DNA of 10,190 nucleotides from a virus (Duplodnaviria; Heunggongvirae; Uroviricota; Caudoviricetes): IMG/VR virus record IMGVR_UViG_2740892233_000002; one strand, 5' to 3'. Shown piece by piece: positions 6,715 to 10,190 of this stretch (position 1 is its first letter; each line of letters starts with the position of its first letter). The notes under the pieces were generated by a model. It saw only the letters and a program-made list of their open reading frames with translations, ran no database searches and was not told where the DNA came from. The position numbers and the translations under genes were made by a program.

Positions 6715-8626
6715 TCACTCCTCCGGACAGCTTCGCTGCCAGTTCTTTCAGGGTTGGCCGGGTCGTCTCTTCTTCCCGGGATTTTGCCAGTACAGCCAGA
6801 TCAAGCTGCCAGCGTTGCACGGACACACGTAATGCCGCGTAGGCATACACCAGGCAGTCCAGCGCTTCGTTACGCCGCTTTTTGTTATCCCACAGCAGAC
6901 GCATCTTTCCTTTTTCTCACTTCTCCACCAGCTCTTCCGCCACCAGTTGCTGCGCCTCTGTCTGCGAAAAAATCTCCGGATCATCAGGAAAACGGATGGC
7001 ATACGACGTGGCTTCATCCGCAGGCGAGGGATCGGCTTTCATACGGGCATAGAGAATTTCTTTTGCGGTGTCCGTTCCCACTTCACACAGATACACGCCC
7101 CGCTGATTGCGGGTTTTTGGCATGGTGATCACCGGCTTGCCATAGACAGATGCGCCTTTTACCGGCAGCACCCGGAAAACACCGTGTTTTTTTGATCTCT
7201 GATAAACAATTTCACCATCGATCCCCCCGGTGTCCCAGCAGACACGGGAAATGGTCATTTCGGTGCCATCCGCATGGCGGTATTTTTTGTTGATCGCAGC
7301 ATCCACACGTAACAGCGTCCCTTCCTCATCGGGACGCCCCATAATGATGATTTTATCCACCAGAAAGGCTTCCTCTCCCGGAGCCCATCCCCAGACATAC
7401 ATCTCAAAACGGTTTCGCTGCGAGTCAATGCCCGCCGTCAGATAAACCACCCGGGCAGGCACCGCCGCCGTGTAACGCACCACCTTATCCATCAGTACCT
7501 GGTGATCGAGTTTTTCGCCCACGGCCTCTTCCCAGGTCTCGCCCAGCGTGGTGTTCACAAAGGTTTTCAGGCCGTTGGGATCTTTCAGTGCATCCAGCCA
7601 GTCATAGACAATCTGTACCCAGGTGGTGAACGGACTGTACGCCGTCCAGATATGGAACGTGATGGAGCGCGGCGGCGGAATTTCATCACCCCGGGCGCTG
7701 AAAAACGTCAGACCGTCACGGGTCCACATGCCCGTGTTTTCACAGATCCACCGCCCGTTGCTCTGGTCCAGTTCAGACTGATGGATCACGCAGCCATGAT
7801 GTTCACAGAGGTAGAAAACACTTTCAGGGCTGTCCTTCTCCCATTTAAGCCCAAAAGGCGTGGACTCATCGCCAAATTTCAGATACTGCTCCTCCCCACA
7901 GTGCGGGCAGGGCACATAAAAACGCATAAAATGCGCCGACTCGTTAGCGGCTTTTTCGATCTGGCAGGTGCCTTTGATTTTAGGCGTCGAGCCGCGAATG
8001 GATTTTGGCCACACCGACCCCTCAATACGCTTATCCCCCAGCAGGGTTGGCGAGCCCTCTTTTTCGACATCCGGCTCGAACGAGGAAAGTTCGTCATAGC
8101 AGACCACGTCCACGGATTTTTCACGGTAGTTTTTGGCGGCAGCGCCGCCCAGGCACCAGAAACCGACGCCCGATGAAAAGCGTTTCAGCGTGAGAGTATT
8201 GTCACGATGTTTACGCCCCAGCCATGGGGAAAGGTCTTTCAGGCATGGCACGTTCCGAATCGTCGCCTCCACGTGAGACTTCATAAAATCTTCAGCGGCA
8301 GAATCCGTGGGCTGAAAAAGCAGACTGTTTCGGGATTTATGCTCAATAAAATACCCGACCACCCCCAGCAACATCTTTGTATAGCCAACACGGGCAGATT
8401 TAATCAGATTAACAGTGCGGATCTGATCATTCCCCATGCTGTTCATGATGGCGATCTGGAATGGCAGCGTTTTCCATTCGCCCTCACCATATGAAGATTC
8501 TTTAGGCAGATAATAATTTTGATCAGCCCATTCAACTGGCGTCACCGGCAATGCCCTTATCAGGGGCTGTAATGCAGTTGTGACAGCGCTCATCATATTA
8601 TTCAGTTGTTGCTCTGATATATTCAT
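6698..8626 (-). CDS. A: Terminase large subunit gpA-like, 642 codons with an in-frame TGA at 6917..6919 (truncated at 569 aa unless read through)
   Basis: Probable ATG at 8624..8626 (MNISEQQLNN...; the track ORF extends to 8683). ...VEWADQNYYLPKESSYGEGEWKTLPFQIAIMNSMG...KSARVGYTKMLLGV...CPHCGEEQYLKFGD...HIWTAYSPFTTWVQIV...NTTLGETWEE...YLTAGIDSQ...CWDTGGIDGEIVYQRSKKHG... matches recalled lambda gpA (641 aa). ORFs 6917..8683 and 6698..6904 share a frame and together give the lambda length. Confidence 0.85.
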
Positions 8627-9311
8627 CAAGTAAATCCGGTAATTTATCCCCTGCCCGCGCACACTGATTTGCCCCCTTAGCAATAAGGGTTTTCAGATGG
8701 TCAAGATGGCGCGGTGTTAAATCAGGAAACTGTCGCTGCATGGATAAAGGGATGGAATCAAGCGTACTGGATAACGCCATTGCCAGCTTACTGAGGGCAA
8801 AAATACAGAACCCGGTGTCAATCAGTTTTCCTTTTGACACCTCATTTTTTAACTGCTGTGTAACAGCCTGTTCTGCTGTCAGTTCCCATCTGGCAATAAG
8901 CAATTTCTCTTCATAGTCTTCTTCGCTATCGCCATCAGGCACATCGTTTTTACTTCTTCTCAGATACGATATGTAAAAATCGCGCCAGGCATCCAGATCC
9001 AGTTGCCCTCGCTTATTCGAGACCGGGGCACCCGGTAATTTCTGCAATCTGCGAAGCTGGCGATCGGTCAGACTTAAATGCCTGGCAACTTCAGTCTGCG
9101 NNNNNNNNNNTTCCTCATAGTCGTCTTCGCTATCGCCATCAGGCACATCGTTTTTACTTCTCCTCAGATACGATATGTAAAAATCGCGCCAGGCATCCAG
9201 ATCCAGTTGCCCTCGCTTATTTGATATCGGGGCACCCGGCAATTTCTGCAATCTGCGAAGCTGGCGATCGGTCAGACTTAAATGCCTGGCAACTTCAGTC
9301 TGCGTAGCCAC
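8598..9311 (-). CDS. Nu1: Terminase small subunit Nu1-like; as written the ORF holds a tandem duplication of the N-terminal ~68 codons across the N-run (about 169 aa if only one unit is real)
   Basis: GTG at 9309..9311, TAA at 8598..8600. C-terminal half VSKGKLIDTGFCIFALSKLAMALSSTLDSIPLSMQRQFPDLTPRHLDHL...LPDLLDEYI matches recalled lambda Nu1 (AFCTFVLSRIAGEIASILDGLPLSVQRRFPELENRHVDFL...). N-terminal domain is HTH-like but diverged from lambda. The 3' end overlaps the A start. Confidence 0.75.
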   Translation of the reverse strand: MATQTEVARHLSLTDRQLRRLQKLPGAPISNKRGQLDLDAWRDFYISYLRRSKNDVPDGDSEDDYEEXXXXQTEVARHLSLTDRQLRRLQKLPGAPVSNKRGQLDLDAWRDFYISYLRRSKNDVPDGDSEEDYEEKLLIARWELTAEQAVTQQLKNEVSKGKLIDTGFCIFALSKLAMALSSTLDSIPLSMQRQFPDLTPRHLDHLKTLIAKGANQCARAGDKLPDLLDEYIRATTE

Positions 9312-9314
9312 TCC
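8907..9314. repeat. Two tandem 204-bp units (8907..9110 and 9111..9314) with the N-run occupying the last 10 positions of the first unit
   Basis: 8907..9100 vs 9111..9304 align at a constant 204-nt offset with ~8 mismatches (~96% identity); 204 = 68 codons, so the reading frame is preserved if the N-run is exactly 10 nt. Confidence 0.85.
9101..9110. other. Run of 10 N at the junction of the Nu1 tandem units
   Basis: Ten n; occupies the position homologous to 9305..9314 (Nu1 RBS/start region). Confidence 0.95.
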
Positions 9315-9461
9315 TCACCTCGCAAAAACTCTCACCTCACAATCACAACAAAACCGGTCATGTCCGGTTTACATATCTATTTTTTGTGCATGTCCGGTTC
9401 ACAGAAGACCTGTTTTTATATTTTTCATATAGTTAACTTGAAGAGAAACCGGACATGGTTC
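9312..9461. promoter_or_regulatory. Putative cosB-type terminase-binding region (non-lambda) between cosN and Nu1
   Basis: Three copies of the 11-mer catgtccggtt: 9359..9369 and 9389..9399 direct, 9447..9457 inverted; the first lies inside the imperfect palindrome aaccggtcatgtccggtt. An AT-rich spacer (acatatctattttttgtg) between sites 1 and 2 could bind IHF. Position relative to cosN and Nu1 matches lambda cosB. Confidence 0.5.
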
Positions 9462-9525
9462 CCGGAAAATTTTCATAAATAGCGAAAACCCGCGAGGTCG
9501 CCGCCCCGTAACCTGTCGGATCGCC
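9462..9525. repeat. Copy 1 of a 64-bp cos-junction direct repeat (identical to 9628..9691), ending at the N-run
   Basis: ccggaaaattttcataaatagcgaaaacccgcgaggtcgccgccccgtaacctgtcggatcgcc occurs identically at 9462..9525 and 9628..9691; contains aggtcgccgccc (9495..9506), the reverse complement of the lambda 12-nt cohesive end GGGCGGCGACCT. Confidence 0.9.
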
Positions 9526-9535
9526 NNNNNNNNNN
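9526..9535. other. Run of 10 N between the two cos-region copies
   Basis: Ten n. Confidence 0.95.
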
Positions 9536-9627
9536 TCGTTTTCAGCACCTGTCGTTTCCTTTCTTTTCAGGGGGTGTTTTAAATAAAAACATTAGGTTAC
9601 GGCGAAGAAGAACGGAAACGCCTTAAA
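9536..9627. promoter_or_regulatory. Lambda-type cosB segment (R-site-like elements), near-identical to the lambda left end
   Basis: Reverse complement reads ...tttaaggcgtttccgttcttcttcg...ctgaaaagaaaggaaacgacaggtgctgaaa, matching the recalled lambda left-end sequence between cosN and Nu1, including cgtttcctttct and cgtttccgttct-type elements. Confidence 0.6.
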
Positions 9628-9691
9628 CCGGAAAATTTTCATAAATAGCGAAAACCCGCGAGGTCGCCGCCCCGTAACCTGTCGGATCGCC
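9628..9691. repeat. Copy 2 of the 64-bp cos-junction direct repeat, continuous with the right-end sequence
   Basis: Identical to 9462..9525; continues into ggaaaggacccg..., which matches the reverse complement of the recalled lambda right end. Confidence 0.9.
9661..9672. other. cos: cosN cohesive-end sequence (12 nt), as in a joined prophage/circular/concatemer cos
   Basis: aggtcgccgccc = reverse complement of lambda GGGCGGCGACCT, flanked by lambda-like left-end and right-end sequences. A second copy lies at 9495..9506. Confidence 0.7.
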
Positions 9692-9871
9692 GGAAAGGAC
9701 CCGCAAAATGATAATAATTATCATCTATATGTCACAACGTGCATCTACGCCATCAAACCACGTCAAATAATCAATTATGACGCAGGTATCGTATTAATTG
9801 ATCTGCATCAACTTAACGTAAAAACAACTTCAGACAATACAAATCAGCGACACTGAATACGGGGCAACCTC

Positions 9872-10066
9872 ATGTCAACGAAGAACAAAACCCGCAGAAC
9901 AACAACCCGCAACATCCGCTTTCCTAACCAAATGATTGAACAAATTAACATCGCTCTTGAGCAAAAAGGGTCTGGGAATTTCTCAGCCTGGGTCATTGAA
10001 GCCTGCCGTCGGAGACTAACGTCAGAAAAGAGAGCATATACATCAATCCAAAGTGATGATGGATGA
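9872..10066 (+). CDS. Small conserved lambdoid right-end ORF (lambda orf64-like, 64 aa), function unknown; possible small DNA-binding protein
   Basis: ATG at 9872, TGA at 10064..10066; MSTKNKTRRTTTRNIRFPNQMIEQINIALEQKGSGNFSAWVIEACRRRLTSEKRAYTSIQSDDG. Surrounding DNA matches the recalled lambda right-end region where a 64-aa ORF is annotated. The basic N-terminus and FSAWVIEACRRRL motif suggest a ribbon-helix-helix-like fold (speculative). Confidence 0.7.
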   Translation: MSTKNKTRRTTTRNIRFPNQMIEQINIALEQKGSGNFSAWVIEACRRRLTSEKRAYTSIQSDDG

Positions 10067-10127
10067 ACATCCCGGTTTCTTCCACCATCGCACCGGAAAA
10101 GCGACTATGAGGGTAACCCTGCGTCTG
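9998..10127. repeat. Partner of the inverted repeat at 1..130
   Basis: See feature 1..130; 128/130 identity in inverted orientation. Confidence 0.9.
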
Positions 10128-10190
10128 TCAGCACAGTAAAACCCGGTGTGCATCGTTTTTGATTATTCCCGCACACTCACGCAGAAGGAA

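Noticed and set aside
6917-6919. Selenocysteine or programmed recoding at the TGA in gene A
   Set aside because: No SECIS-like hairpin is evident immediately downstream, and the homologous lambda position is an ordinary Trp codon; a nonsense mutation or base error is more parsimonious.
8627-8683. Upstream extension of the A ORF (MLRGQISVRGQGINYRIYL...)
   Set aside because: Homology to lambda gpA begins at the internal MNISEQQ (8626); the extension lies inside the Nu1 3' end and is more likely Nu1-frame overlap than A coding.
8907-9691. CRISPR array, suggested by the repeated blocks
   Set aside because: The repeat units are 204 bp and 64 bp, are coding or cos sequence, occur only twice each, and lack short regular repeat-spacer periodicity.
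9692-9740. cosQ assignment to the AT-rich palindromic segment gataataattatcatc near the right end
   Set aside because: The position is plausible by analogy with lambda, but I cannot recall the cosQ sequence precisely enough to place it, so it is not annotated.
1-10127. Composite transposon or IS element defined by the 130-bp terminal inverted repeats
   Set aside because: The repeats are phage right-end sequence (orf64 3' end) and no transposase-like ORF is present. A second prophage copy or a scaffolding join explains the inverted homology better.
1-10190. Novel defence, toxin-antitoxin or other accessory system hidden in the window
   Set aside because: Essentially every nucleotide is accounted for by canonical lambdoid head, tail and cos functions; the only non-structural ORF is the conserved orf64-like gene, and no unexplained ORF of meaningful size remains.

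Overview
This window is the cos site and head-morphogenesis arm of a lambda-like (lambdoid) siphophage or prophage, read in reverse orientation; I do not find a novel system here. All real genes except one are on the minus strand, in canonical lambda order from high to low coordinates: right-end segment with an orf64-like gene (+ strand), cosN/cosB, Nu1 (small terminase), A (large terminase), W, B (portal), C with nested Nu3 (protease/scaffold), D (decoration), E (major capsid), FI, FII, Z, U and the first ~42 codons of V. Protein identifications come from my recollection of phage lambda proteins (roughly 50-75% identity by eye) and the cos/right-end DNA is nearly lambda-identical; all of this needs BLAST confirmation. 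The interesting content is in the anomalies: an in-frame TGA in A, an in-frame TAG in FI, an E protein ~47 aa shorter than lambda gpE, a triplicated motif in the C/Nu3 scaffold region, and a non-lambda cosB with a matching non-lambda Nu1 DNA-binding domain. All four 10-N runs sit exactly at repeat or homology junctions (inverted right-end copy next to truncated V; extra sequence inside U; 204-bp in-frame tandem duplication in Nu1; duplicated cos junction). That pattern is most simply explained by scaffold gaps joining contigs from two closely related lambdoid prophages, but genuine rearrangements cannot be excluded from sequence alone. The remaining + strand ORFs in the track are shadow ORFs antisense to these genes.
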